DNA from: Myxococcota bacterium
GTDB lineage: Bacteria; Myxococcota_A; UBA9160; SZUA-336
Length of the DNA: 64,000 bases
Assembly: GCA_965247115.1 (NCBI GenBank)
Contig: CBDFGR010000003.1
Location: 960,001-1,024,000, forward strand
Direction: 5' to 3'
Position numbers and translations under genes: made by a program. Below, piece after piece: positions 1 through 9,480 of the stretch (positions within the stretch are counted from its first letter, which is position 1; every line of letters begins with the position of its first letter). The notes below the pieces were generated by a model. That model saw only the letters and a program-made list of their open reading frames with translations. It was not told the origin of the DNA and did no database searches.

Positions 1-1
1 C

Positions 2-1462
2 GGCAAGACCACGGTCTATGAAGAGCCTCTCGCGGTTCTGCTCTCGCGCAAGACCGGGCGCCCGGTCAAGATGGTGATGAGCCGCGAAGAAGTGTTTCGT
101 GCGACGGGGCCGACCTCCGCCACCCGAATCCGCGTAAAGGCCGGCGCCACCAAGGACGGCAAGCTCACGGCGGCCGAAGCGACGCTCATGTACGAGGCGG
201 GGGCGTTCAAGGGGTCGCCGGTGACCCCGGGGATGATGACGATCCTCACGCCCTACGACCTGCCGGCGGTGAAGATCGACGGGTATGACGTGGTCGTGAA
301 CAAGCCCAAGGTGGCGGCCTACAGGGCGCCGGGCGCCCCGATGGCCGCGTTCGGGGCGGAGTCGGTAATAGACGAAGTGGCCGAGAAGCTCGGCATGGAT
401 CCCGTCGACTTCCGTCTGAAGAACGCAGCCAAGGAGGGCGTGACCGCGCCCTACGGTCCAAAGTTCGGAGCCATCGGTCTTGTCGATACGCTCGAGGAAG
501 CGAAGAGCCATCCGCACTACAAGGCACCGCTCGGCCCGAACCAGGGCCGGGGGGTCGCGACCGGCTTCTGGTTCAACGCGGGCATGCAGTCGAGCGCGAA
601 CGTCAGCCTGAACGAGGATGGCACCGCTGTCGTTGTATCCGGGAACCCCGACATTGGCGGCTCGCGTGCATCGCTCTCGATGATGGCGGCCGAGGAGCTC
701 GGGATCCCTGTGGAGCGCGTCCGTCCGGTCGTGGCAGACACCGAGACGGTTCCGTACAGCGACCTGACAGGCGGGAGCCGAGTGACCTTTGCCACAGGCA
801 TGGCTGTGGTGGAGGCAGCCCGCGATGTCATCACCCAGCTGCGTCAGCGCGCGGCTGCGATCTGGGACGTCGACGTGGATTCGGTGATCTGGGAGGACGG
901 CCGGGCTCGGACGGACGATGACGAGCAGGTGCTGACGATCGAGGAGCTCGCGAAGGGGGCGGCCCGAACCGGAGGTCCGATCGCGGGCAGAGCCTCACTC
1001 AACGCGCGTGGTGCCGGTCCCTCCTTTGCTACACACATCTGTGATGTCGAGGTCGACAAGGACACGGGAAGTGTCAGCGTGATTCGCTACACGACCATCC
1101 AGGACGCGGGCAGGGCCATCCACCCGAGCTACGTCGAGGGACAGATGCAGGGCGGCGCGGCTCAGGGCATCGGCTGGGCCCTCAACGAGGAGTACATCTA
1201 CGACGCAGAGGGGCATCTCGAGAATCCGGGCTTCCTGGACTACCGGATCCCGGTCGCGTCAGACCTGCCGATGATCGACACCGTCATTGTGGAGGTTCCG
1301 AACCCCACCCACCCCTACGGCGTGCGCGGATGTGGTGAGACCCCGATCGTCCCGCCTCTCGCCGCGGTGGCCCTGGCCGTCAAGAACGCAACGAATGTGC
1401 CCATGCGCAACCTGCCGATGTCACCGCCCCGCGTGCTGGAGGCTCTCGAACAGGCGGGCTGA
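2..1462 (+). CDS. Xanthine dehydrogenase/CoxL-family molybdopterin-binding subunit (5' end outside window)
   Basis: Frame is open from base 2 (GKTTVYEEPLAVLLSRKTGRPVK). Motifs AYRAPG, GGSRVT, EGQMQGG and GVRGCGE are typical of Mo-hydroxylase large subunits. Confidence 0.92.
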   Translation, partial: GKTTVYEEPLAVLLSRKTGRPVKMVMSREEVFRATGPTSATRIRVKAGATKDGKLTAAEATLMYEAGAFKGSPVTPGMMTILTPYDLPAVKIDGYDVVVNKPKVAAYRAPGAPMAAFGAESVIDEVAEKLGMDPVDFRLKNAAKEGVTAPYGPKFGAIGLVDTLEEAKSHPHYKAPLGPNQGRGVATGFWFNAGMQSSANVSLNEDGTAVVVSGNPDIGGSRASLSMMAAEELGIPVERVRPVVADTETVPYSDLTGGSRVTFATGMAVVEAARDVITQLRQRAAAIWDVDVDSVIWEDGRARTDDDEQVLTIEELAKGAARTGGPIAGRASLNARGAGPSFATHICDVEVDKDTGSVSVIRYTTIQDAGRAIHPSYVEGQMQGGAAQGIGWALNEEYIYDAEGHLENPGFLDYRIPVASDLPMIDTVIVEVPNPTHPYGVRGCGETPIVPPLAAVALAVKNATNVPMRNLPMSPPRVLEALEQAG

Positions 1463-1468
1463 ACCCAG

Positions 1469-1714
1469 ATGGCGGACGTAACATTCTCGAGTGGCCTGCG
1501 CCGCTACACGGGCGGTGACGAGAAGATCCACATCGACGCGGCGACCGTGCGGGAGCTGATCAAGGCACTCGGTGCGCGGTACCCCGAGATCCGCGAGCCC
1601 ATCGCATCGATGGCCGTCGCCATCGACGGGGAGATCGTAAACGAGCCGTTGTTGGAGCCCCTGTCGCCGAGCTCAGAGGTACACTTCTTGCCTCCGATCG
1701 GCGGGGGTAGCTAG
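1469..1714 (+). CDS. MoaD/ThiS-family ubiquitin-like sulfur carrier
   Basis: 81 aa with VAIDGE...VHFLPPIGGG(S); directly downstream of the Mo-enzyme gene. Confidence 0.85.
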   Translation: MADVTFSSGLRRYTGGDEKIHIDAATVRELIKALGARYPEIREPIASMAVAIDGEIVNEPLLEPLSPSSEVHFLPPIGGGS

Positions 1715-1729
1715 GTCAAGAGTCGCCTG

Positions 1730-2131
1730 TCAGAGCCGTGCGATCTCCTTCAGGATTAGCCTGCGGACCGAGGCATCCACATCGAGAAAGCGCAGTGCGA
1801 TCCCGCCCTCGGTCTCGCGCACGACCTGGGCCCACAGCGGTCCGAGCTTCACGTCTGTCGAGACGATCCCCACCTTGATCTTCGAGCCTACACCCAGCTG
1901 CGGCTGCGGGTCGGCGATCTCGACACCGCCGGCAGAGATGTTCCGCACGTGGCCGTAGCCGAGCGTGCGGGGCCGGGACGGAAGCCGAGGGCGACGCAGA
2001 CCAAGGGGGAGTGAGTCCTTTGTGAGGGTATAGACGGCGCCGGCCTCGACCTCGATGCGGATCTCGGCTCGGGTGTGTCTGTGGGGTCCTGGATCGGGCG
2101 TAGGGACTTCTCGGGCGACGCGTGTGGGCAT
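1730..2131 (-). CDS. Single-domain PilZ protein (putative c-di-GMP receptor)
   Basis: RHTR (RxxxR-like) and NISAGG (D/NxSxGG) motifs, C-terminal GIALRF. Start moved to the ATG at 2131. Confidence 0.75.
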   Translation of the reverse strand: MPTRVAREVPTPDPGPHRHTRAEIRIEVEAGAVYTLTKDSLPLGLRRPRLPSRPRTLGYGHVRNISAGGVEIADPQPQLGVGSKIKVGIVSTDVKLGPLWAQVVRETEGGIALRFLDVDASVRRLILKEIARL

Positions 2132-2144
2132 GGGAGACGGTTCC

Positions 2145-2160
2145 AGCAAGGCCCGTGCCC
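2145..2160 (-). promoter_or_regulatory. Candidate sigma-54 promoter for the PilZ gene
   Basis: Minus strand GGGCACGGGCCTTGCT versus consensus TGGCACG-N4-TTGCW, with exact GG-N10-GC spacing. Confidence 0.4.
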
Positions 2161-2351
2161 TTGGCAGAGCATGCCGGACTGCGACGAACGACCCCGAGTT
2201 GCCGGCTCCTGCTCGGAAAGTTGTGCACAGGTCCGCAATTTGTGCGCCCTCACGGCCAGCAGCGCCACCCGGGGTCGGCACTGCCGGATGCTGCTCGCAT
2301 GACCGCCGGAAACTGCTCGTATAATGGTCCGGCAGAGCCAGAGAGAGCGAG

Positions 2352-3173
2352 ATGCCTGGATCGACACTGAAGCGGCTCTCCTTGTGGGTCAGTGGAGCGA
2401 TCTGCGTCCCCTGCCTGCTGCTGGCCCTCGGCTGGGCGTCGCCAGCTGGCGGCGACGACAGCGCGGAGTCCCTAGTCCCGCAGGAAGACCAGGAGCTCTT
2501 CGAGCGGATCCGGCAGGGGGCGGAAGACGGCGACGCCGAGGCCCAGGCCTACATGGGAAACATCTATTCCCAGGGGGAGGGGGTACCGGAGGATCCGGCT
2601 GCAGCGCTGACCTGGTACACCTTGGCCGCGGAGCAAGGTCACGCGGTCGCGCAGTTCAACGTCGCCGCGTTTCACGCGATGGGCCGCGGAGCACCGGTGG
2701 ACCATGTCCTGGCGAGCGCGTGGTTCCGCAAAGCGGCGCAGCAGGGCTTGCCCCAGGCCCAGATGCAGCTCGCTGCCAACTACTACATCGGCAGGGGGGT
2801 GCCCTGGGATCCGACCGAAGCGGAGATCTGGTTCAGCCGGGCAGCAGAGAGTCTCGCTTCGGACCAGAAGCCCGAGGCGCTTCGGTACCGAGACCTGGCC
2901 CTGAAACTGGTCCGTTTGCTCGAGGCCGCGAACGACGGACAGGGCGATGCCCAGCTGGTCCTCGGCGAGCTGCACACGAGGGGGGGCAGCGTCCCCCTCG
3001 ATCCCGTCGAGGCCTACAAGTGGCTGAGTCTCGCTGCCACGTCCGAGGACGAGTCGAGCCGACTCAACGCAACCCAGGCTCTAACCGCGCTTGCTGAGGA
3101 GATGAAGCAAGACCAGATTCGGGAGGCTCGGCAACGGTCCGCCGAGTGGTCCCGAGCACACCCGAGCGAATGA
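2352..3173 (+). CDS. Secreted Sel1-like repeat protein
   Basis: Signal peptide followed by repeats of the type AQ..LG..Y..G.GV..D...A..W...AA.QG; TATAAT upstream at about 2320. Confidence 0.88.
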   Translation: MPGSTLKRLSLWVSGAICVPCLLLALGWASPAGGDDSAESLVPQEDQELFERIRQGAEDGDAEAQAYMGNIYSQGEGVPEDPAAALTWYTLAAEQGHAVAQFNVAAFHAMGRGAPVDHVLASAWFRKAAQQGLPQAQMQLAANYYIGRGVPWDPTEAEIWFSRAAESLASDQKPEALRYRDLALKLVRLLEAANDGQGDAQLVLGELHTRGGSVPLDPVEAYKWLSLAATSEDESSRLNATQALTALAEEMKQDQIREARQRSAEWSRAHPSE

Positions 3174-3204
3174 ACAGCCCCGCGCAGGCCTGCGCCGACC
3201 GGAA

Positions 3205-3981
3205 TCAGCGGATGCGGCGCCAGCGTGAGCTGGGCAGTCCCTGGCGCGCCCAGCCGTGATAGGGGTGTTTCGCGAGCAGACGGGGGTTTCGGAACGGGAA
3301 GATCAGTGCGGCCCCTGCTGCGAAGCCGCCCACGTGCGCCCAGAACGCCACGCCACCCCCCTGGGTCCCTGATGAAACCCATCCTCCGATCAGCTGGGCC
3401 AGCAGCCAGTAGCCGAGCATGAGCGCGGCCGGAACGGCAATGGTCGTGATGTAGAAGCCAAAGATCACGAGGAGGTGAACATTCACACGGGGGTACAGGA
3501 TGATGTAGGCCCCCATCACCCCACCGATCGCACCGGACGCACCGACCATCGGGAGCGCGGAGTCCGGGTCCGAGGCGACCTGAAGCGCCGCCGCCGCCAG
3601 ACCGCACAGAGGATAGAAGACGAGGAACCGAAGGTGGCCCATCGAGTCCTCCACGTTGTTTCCGAAGATCCACATGAACCACATGTTGAAGAGGATGTGG
3701 AACCAGCCGCCGTGCAAGAACATCGACGTGAAGGGCGTGTGCCACGAAGGCGACCCCTCGATGACGCAGGCCGTTCCCTGAGAGATCGGCAGGGCCGTAC
3801 CCGGCGGGATCGTCTGCAGTAGCTCGCCAGGGATCAGTCCCAGCGTGCACACGGAGCCCGACAGTGCAGGCTCCAGGCCGAGCCCCTGCACGAAGACCCA
3901 CATGACGACGTTCAGCCCGATCAGCCCGACGGTCACAACGGGAGTCAGAACGCTCGGATTGTCGTCTCGGATCGGGAACAT
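3205..3981 (-). CDS. Rhomboid intramembrane serine protease
   Basis: MFPIRDDNP start, HGGWFHILFNM, GASGA (catalytic Ser), AHVGGF (catalytic His). Confidence 0.93.
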   Translation of the reverse strand: MFPIRDDNPSVLTPVVTVGLIGLNVVMWVFVQGLGLEPALSGSVCTLGLIPGELLQTIPPGTALPISQGTACVIEGSPSWHTPFTSMFLHGGWFHILFNMWFMWIFGNNVEDSMGHLRFLVFYPLCGLAAAALQVASDPDSALPMVGASGAIGGVMGAYIILYPRVNVHLLVIFGFYITTIAVPAALMLGYWLLAQLIGGWVSSGTQGGGVAFWAHVGGFAAGAALIFPFRNPRLLAKHPYHGWARQGLPSSRWRRIR

Positions 3982-4089
3982 GCCTGGAAAACCGCCGGAG
4001 GGCGCAGAGTCTACCTGACGCAGAGCCGTCCGCCTCCGCGTTTGTTGGCAGCTGTGGGCTCGGGTAGCCTGTGTCAGGGAGGACCTCGC

Positions 4090-5334
4090 ATGGCGGCGCA
4101 CGCTCAGAGCCTCGACACGATCGACATCATCAGTCCCGACCTCTATCAGCAGGAGGGCTACCCCCACGAGGCGTGGGCCCTGCTGCGCCGCGAAGCGCCG
4201 ATCTACTGGTACGACCGTACGCCGGGAGAGCCCTTCTGGGCGGTCACGAAGCACGCCGACATCATCACGCTGTCCAAGCAGCCTCGGAGGCTTCTGAACG
4301 AGCCACGCCTTGCAGTCTTCCCCGAAGAAACTGGCCCGCGGCCCGAGGAGGAGGGACAGCACCTCCTGATCATGGATCCGCCCATGCACTCGCAGTACCG
4401 GCGCCTGGTCTCGAGCCACTTCACGCCGCGGGCGCTCCAAGCGCTCCACGGCGACATCGACGAGATCGCGACGGGGCTGCTTGACGAAATCGCGACGGAC
4501 GGAGAGTGGGGCGAGGTCGACTTCGTCGAGAAGGTCTCCTCCGTGCTCCCGCTTGCCGTGATCGCGGACATGCTGGGCGTCCCGCGCTCTGACTGGAAGA
4601 TGATGTTCCAGTGGACCAACGAGATGATCGGCTCGGGAGATCCGGAGTACCGGCGAGAGGGAGAGACTCCCGACGACACCTCAGCGCGAGCCCGACTCGC
4701 AGCGTTCGAGTACTTCTCCCTCATGGTCGAGGAGCGACGCCGAAGCCCGCGTGAGGACCTGGTGAGTATCCTGGCGAACGCCGAGCTCGACGGGGCGCCT
4801 CTCCCCATCGAGAACCTGATGTCGTTTTACAACCTGATCGTGATCGCGGGTAACGAGACCACGCGCAACGCGACAAGCGGTGGCTTGCTCACCCTGATCG
4901 AGAACCCTGGAGAGCTCGAGAAGCTGCGTCGCGATCCTTCCCTGGTTCCCAAGGCGGTCGAGGAGATCCTGCGCTGGACTACACCCGTGATCCAGTTCTG
5001 CCGCACAGCCACAGAGGATGTCGAGATCCGCGGTCAGAAGGTCCTCCCCGGCCAGTCCTTCTGCCTGTTCTATCCCTCCGCAAATCGAGACGAGGAGGTC
5101 TTCGACGAGCCCTTCCGCTTCAAGATCGATCGCGATCCCAATCCGCATCTCGCCTTCGGCATCGGCGAGCACTTTTGCCTCGGGGCAAACGTGGCGCGCC
5201 TCGAGCTCAACGTGATGTTCCGCCACCTGGCCACGCGCCTCGACAAGGTCGAGCTGGCGGGACCGGTGGAGAGGCTGCGCTCGAGCTTCCTTGGCGGCGT
5301 CAAGCACATGCCGATCCGCTACCAGCTGCGCTGA
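4090..5334 (+). CDS. Cytochrome P450 (CYP125/CYP142-like by motif style)
   Basis: AGNETT I-helix, EEILR (ExxR), FGIGEHFCLG heme ligand; GGAGGA RBS before ATG 4090. Confidence 0.95.
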   Translation: MAAHAQSLDTIDIISPDLYQQEGYPHEAWALLRREAPIYWYDRTPGEPFWAVTKHADIITLSKQPRRLLNEPRLAVFPEETGPRPEEEGQHLLIMDPPMHSQYRRLVSSHFTPRALQALHGDIDEIATGLLDEIATDGEWGEVDFVEKVSSVLPLAVIADMLGVPRSDWKMMFQWTNEMIGSGDPEYRREGETPDDTSARARLAAFEYFSLMVEERRRSPREDLVSILANAELDGAPLPIENLMSFYNLIVIAGNETTRNATSGGLLTLIENPGELEKLRRDPSLVPKAVEEILRWTTPVIQFCRTATEDVEIRGQKVLPGQSFCLFYPSANRDEEVFDEPFRFKIDRDPNPHLAFGIGEHFCLGANVARLELNVMFRHLATRLDKVELAGPVERLRSSFLGGVKHMPIRYQLR

Positions 5335-5421
5335 GCGAGCTAGAGCCAAAGCAGGTGCTCATGGTGCAGCTGCCGCGGACCGATGAAGACGGGGAGGGAC
5401 TGTACCCGACCCGGGGGAGCC

Positions 5422-5823
5422 ATGAATCGCTCGCATCTCATATGGGCGATCGTACTGCTCGTCCTTGGTGCCCTGATCATCGTCCAACGCTCGGCCAGCA
5501 AGGACATCGGTGTTCTGTACACCAAGGACGTCGACTACCACGATCGCTACACAACCGTGTGGGTGGTCTCCGAGCCGGGCCGGTTCTGGATCCGAGCTGC
5601 GAAGCCCGACCGGAGGTGGCTTGCAGATATTCGTTCTGACAGGAACGTCCGGTTCGAACAGAATGGATCCAGGGAGTATTACCGACCGGTCGTCAACCGG
5701 GACGTGCGTACGCGCGAGCGAGTGGATCGCTTGATGCGGCAGAAGTACGGAATCGCGGACCGCGTTCGCGAGTACCTGCTGGGCCAGGATACGGTCGCCA
5801 TCCAGCTCACCCCCGTGCGGTAG
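5422..5823 (+). CDS. Membrane-anchored DUF2255/deazaflavin-nitroreductase-like split-barrel protein
   Basis: N-terminal TM helix, T.VWVV...WIRA...W and MRQKYG patterns. Confidence 0.55.
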   Translation: MNRSHLIWAIVLLVLGALIIVQRSASKDIGVLYTKDVDYHDRYTTVWVVSEPGRFWIRAAKPDRRWLADIRSDRNVRFEQNGSREYYRPVVNRDVRTRERVDRLMRQKYGIADRVREYLLGQDTVAIQLTPVR

Positions 5824-5898
5824 AGCCGAGCTCGCGCTCTACGATCTGCCCAATCGCCCTGGGCATCCGCTTCTCCACGACGAAGAGTTTGTGAGAGA

Positions 5899-5982
5899 AT
5901 GAGCGCACGCGTCGTTCCCGACCCCAGGGTGCGTCTCGAGATCGGCGAGTCCACCTCCTTCACGAAGACGGAATCGCGATGA
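5899..5982 (+). pseudogene. 27-aa ORF resembling a MaoC-dehydratase N-terminus, coupled to the LLM gene
   Basis: MSARVVPDPRVRLEIGESTSFTKTESR*; its stop overlaps ATG 5979 (ATGA). Confidence 0.35.
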
Positions 5983-7226
5983 AGTTCGGCATCTTCTACG
6001 AGCATCAGCTGCCCAGGCCGTGGGGCGAGGACTCGGAGTACGAGCTGCTGGAGAACTCGCTGGCTCAGATCGAGCTGGCGGACCAGCTCGGCTACGACTA
6101 CGCGTGGGAGGTCGAGCACCACTTCCTGGAGGAGTACTCGCACTCGCCGGCGCCAGAGGTCTTCCTCGGTGCCGCGAGCCAGCGCACCAAGAACATTCGC
6201 CTGGGACATGGAATCGTCCAGCTGACGACGAATCAACCCCACCGGGTCGCGGAGAGGATCTCCACTCTGGATCTTCTCTCGCGCGGCCGTGTCGAGTTCG
6301 GCATGGGAGAAGGCGCTGGACCTGCAGAGCTGCACCCGTTCAGCGTTCGGGTCAGGGACAAGCGCGACCGCTGGGAGGAAGCCGTGCAGGCCATCATCCC
6401 GATGTTCACGAAGCAGTCGTGGGAGTTTCATGGCAAGTACCACGACTTCCCCGCCCGCAACGTGATTCCGAAGCCCTATCAGAAGCCCCATCCGCCGCTC
6501 TGGGTGGCCTGCTCGAACATCCAGACCATCGCGCGGGCCGGCGAGTGGGGAATGGGGGCGCTCGGATTCTCGTTCGTGTCGCCGAATGCCGCGACGGCGT
6601 GGGTGAACAAGTACTACAACAACCTGCTGCACCGACCGAACCCCCTCGCGGACTATCCCCTGAACCCGAACGTCGCGATCGTAAACGGGTTCATGTGTGC
6701 CGAGACGGACGAAGAAGCACTGGAGAAGGCCGCTGGCTGGACGTTCTTCATCTTCGCGCTCTCGTACTACGGTCGGAAGGGAGTAGATGCGCCCGGCACG
6801 GGGAATCTCTGGCGCGAGTACCAGACCTGGCGGGGCAGCGAGAAAGCGAAGCAAGCGCTTCGAAACGGTTTGATCGGTTCACCCGACACGATTCGCAAGC
6901 GCCTCCGCGAGTTCGAAGCGGCCCACGTCGACCAGGTGATCCTTCTCAATCAGGCCGGCAGGACCACCCATCAGGACATCTGCGAGAGCCTGGAGCTGTT
7001 CGCAAGAGAGGTGATGCCCGAGTTCCACGCGAACCAGCCGCAGCAAGAGAGCTGGAAGGCCGCCGTCCTCGAGGGCCGGATCGTTCTCGAGGAGCTCGAC
7101 ACCACCCCCTTCCATATCTACAGCCACCAGAACGAGGACATCGTCCGAGAGACGCCCGAGCAGCTCAAGGCGCGCATGGCCGCGAAGGACGCAGCGCGGC
7201 GGACCGAGTCGCGAGACGAGGTGTAG
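5979..7226 (+). CDS. LLM-class flavin-dependent oxidoreductase
   Basis: MKFGIFYE, EHHFLEEYSH, LDLLSRGRVEFG, PKPYQKPHPPLW. Confidence 0.93.
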   Translation: MKFGIFYEHQLPRPWGEDSEYELLENSLAQIELADQLGYDYAWEVEHHFLEEYSHSPAPEVFLGAASQRTKNIRLGHGIVQLTTNQPHRVAERISTLDLLSRGRVEFGMGEGAGPAELHPFSVRVRDKRDRWEEAVQAIIPMFTKQSWEFHGKYHDFPARNVIPKPYQKPHPPLWVACSNIQTIARAGEWGMGALGFSFVSPNAATAWVNKYYNNLLHRPNPLADYPLNPNVAIVNGFMCAETDEEALEKAAGWTFFIFALSYYGRKGVDAPGTGNLWREYQTWRGSEKAKQALRNGLIGSPDTIRKRLREFEAAHVDQVILLNQAGRTTHQDICESLELFAREVMPEFHANQPQQESWKAAVLEGRIVLEELDTTPFHIYSHQNEDIVRETPEQLKARMAAKDAARRTESRDEV

Positions 7227-7229
7227 CGC

Positions 7230-7913
7230 ATGGACCCGCTGACTTCGGACGCACCGCTGATCGTCTACATCGATTACAAGAGCCCCTACGCCTTCCTCGC
7301 CACCGAGCCCACCTACGCATTGGAGGATGACTTCGGGATCGAGATCGATTGGCGTCCCCTGACCCTGGACATCCCGAGCTTCTTGGGAGCTGCGAAAGTC
7401 GACGGACACGGCAAGCTGCTGGAGAACAACCGCTCGCCTCGCCAGTGGGTCAGTGTCAAGTACGCGTATCGAGACTGCCGGCGCTACGCGAACCTGCGCG
7501 GACTGACGATCAGGGGCCCCACGAAGATTTGGAACTCGTCGCTGGCCGCCATCGGCCTGCTGTGGGCGAAGCAAGAGGACCGGGCGGTGCTGCGGACGTA
7601 CACGGGTCTTGTCTTCGAGCGCTTCTGGCGGCGGGAGCTCGATATCGAGGATCCGGACGTCATCCAGGGGCTGCTGAAAGAGTCGGGCAGCGACGTGGGC
7701 GGGTTCGCGAACTTCTTGAAAGGGGACGGACGCGCAGCGCACAACGAGCTTCAGGAGAGCCTCCACCCGGCCGGGCTCTTCGGTGTGCCCTCTTACATCA
7801 TCCAAGGTGAGGTGTTCTTCGGTCGGGAACACCTACCGACGGTGCGCTGGTACCTGTCGGGTCAACCGGGTCCGCGTCCGAATATCGCCTACCAGCACTT
7901 CCCGGTCTCATGA
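7230..7913 (+). CDS. 2-hydroxychromene-2-carboxylate isomerase / DsbA-GST-kappa family protein
   Basis: DYKSPYAFL and GLFGVPSY...FFGREHL. Confidence 0.88.
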   Translation: MDPLTSDAPLIVYIDYKSPYAFLATEPTYALEDDFGIEIDWRPLTLDIPSFLGAAKVDGHGKLLENNRSPRQWVSVKYAYRDCRRYANLRGLTIRGPTKIWNSSLAAIGLLWAKQEDRAVLRTYTGLVFERFWRRELDIEDPDVIQGLLKESGSDVGGFANFLKGDGRAAHNELQESLHPAGLFGVPSYIIQGEVFFGREHLPTVRWYLSGQPGPRPNIAYQHFPVS

Positions 7914-8554
7914 GCGAAGTAGACGAGTCGGGACCGCGCTTGGCGGTGTACATCGACTACAAGAGCCCGGCTGCGTTCCTCGCGAAGGATCCCACCTACG
8001 CGCTCGAGGACGAGTTCGAGCTCGAGATCGACTGGAGGCCCCTGACCCTGGACCGCTCGGGTCGGCAAGAAGGCAAGCCAGCCCCAAAGGAGACCAAGGG
8101 TGAGCGTCATGCGCGGGTACGCGCCGAGTACGCCCAGATGGACCAGCAGCGCTACGCGCGGGCGCAGGACTTGACCCTGAAACATCCGTCCCGAGACTGG
8201 GACTCGACTCTCGCCGGAATCGGGTTGATCTGGGCGAAGGAGCAGGGTCGGATCGTCCTTCGAGGTTATACCGACCGTGTGTTCGAACGCTTCTGGAAGC
8301 AGGAGCTCGACATCGAGAGCCCGGCGGCGCTCGAGGGAATCCTGTCCGAGGCGGGTGCCAACGTGGAGGGCTTCGGTGAATACGCGCAGGGGGATGGAAG
8401 GATCATCCACGGCGATGTCCAGAGCGCCGCGCAGGAGCTGGGAATCTTTGACGTCCCCTCGTACTCCATGGACGGAGAGATTTTCCTCGGCCACCAGCAC
8501 CTTCCGATGATCCGCTGGCTGCTGTCAGACCGACGAGGGCAGCCGCCAGTCTAG
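7910..8554 (+). CDS. Second HCCA-isomerase/GST-kappa paralogue
   Basis: DYKSPAAFL and GIFDVPSY...FLGHQHL; ATGA overlap with the previous gene. Confidence 0.85.
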   Translation: MSEVDESGPRLAVYIDYKSPAAFLAKDPTYALEDEFELEIDWRPLTLDRSGRQEGKPAPKETKGERHARVRAEYAQMDQQRYARAQDLTLKHPSRDWDSTLAGIGLIWAKEQGRIVLRGYTDRVFERFWKQELDIESPAALEGILSEAGANVEGFGEYAQGDGRIIHGDVQSAAQELGIFDVPSYSMDGEIFLGHQHLPMIRWLLSDRRGQPPV

Positions 8555-8585
8555 AATGAACCACAATCACGAGAGGGCCTGATCC

Positions 8586-9452
8586 ATGAAATTTGGAGTT
8601 GTTTTTCCACAGACGGAGCTCGGCGCGGATCCCGACATTGTCGCCAAGTTTGCCACCACGGCCGAAGAGCTCGGATTCGATCACCTGATCGCGTACGACC
8701 ACGTGCTGGGGGCGAATACTGCGAGCCGACCGGACTGGCAGGGGCCCTACACGTCAGAGAGCATGTTTCACGAGCCGTTCGTGTTGTTCAGCTATCTTGC
8801 CGGCCTCACGACCAGGCTAGAGCTCGTGACCGCCGTCATCATCCTGCCCCAAAGACAGACGTCGCTCGTTGCCAAGCAGGCCGCCTGTCTCGACGTGCTG
8901 TCCAAGGGCCGCCTACGCCTAGGGATCGGCACCGGCTGGAACGCCGTCGAGTACGAGGCCCTTGGCGAGAACTTCCACGATCGGGGCAAACGATCGGAAG
9001 AGCAGATCGACCTGCTGCGCAAGCTCTGGGCCGAGGAGACCATCACCTACGATGGGCGCTGGCACAAAGTGACCGACGCGGGGCTAAAGCCGCTTCCCAC
9101 CGAGCGTAGTATCCCGGTCTGGCTAGGCGGCATGGCGCCGCAGGTGATCGAGCGTGCGGGGCGCATCGCCGACGGCTGGTTCCCGTTCCTGAATCCCAAG
9201 CTGGAGGATCAGCTGGCGCAGATGCGCGAGCACGCACGAGCCGCGGGTCGTGACCCCGCCGAGATCGGGGTCGAGTGCATGATCCCGGCCGGCGAGGATG
9301 CCGGCAAGACGCGCGAGCACGTCGAACGCCTGCAAGCGGCGGGCGCTACGCATGCGGCGGGGGTCACCATGAACGTGAACCTGCCGAGCCCGCAGGCACA
9401 CATCGATACCATCCGCCGGTTCCGCGACAACGTGGCGGACTTCATGCGTTGA
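8586..9452 (+). CDS. LLM-class, probably F420-dependent oxidoreductase (Rv2161c-like)
   Basis: AEELGFDHL.AYDHV, LDVLSKGRLRLGIGTGWN..EY, ADGWFP. Confidence 0.88.
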   Translation: MKFGVVFPQTELGADPDIVAKFATTAEELGFDHLIAYDHVLGANTASRPDWQGPYTSESMFHEPFVLFSYLAGLTTRLELVTAVIILPQRQTSLVAKQAACLDVLSKGRLRLGIGTGWNAVEYEALGENFHDRGKRSEEQIDLLRKLWAEETITYDGRWHKVTDAGLKPLPTERSIPVWLGGMAPQVIERAGRIADGWFPFLNPKLEDQLAQMREHARAAGRDPAEIGVECMIPAGEDAGKTREHVERLQAAGATHAAGVTMNVNLPSPQAHIDTIRRFRDNVADFMR

Positions 9453-9480
9453 GCCACCGGCCGCTGTTGGAGGAAGAACC

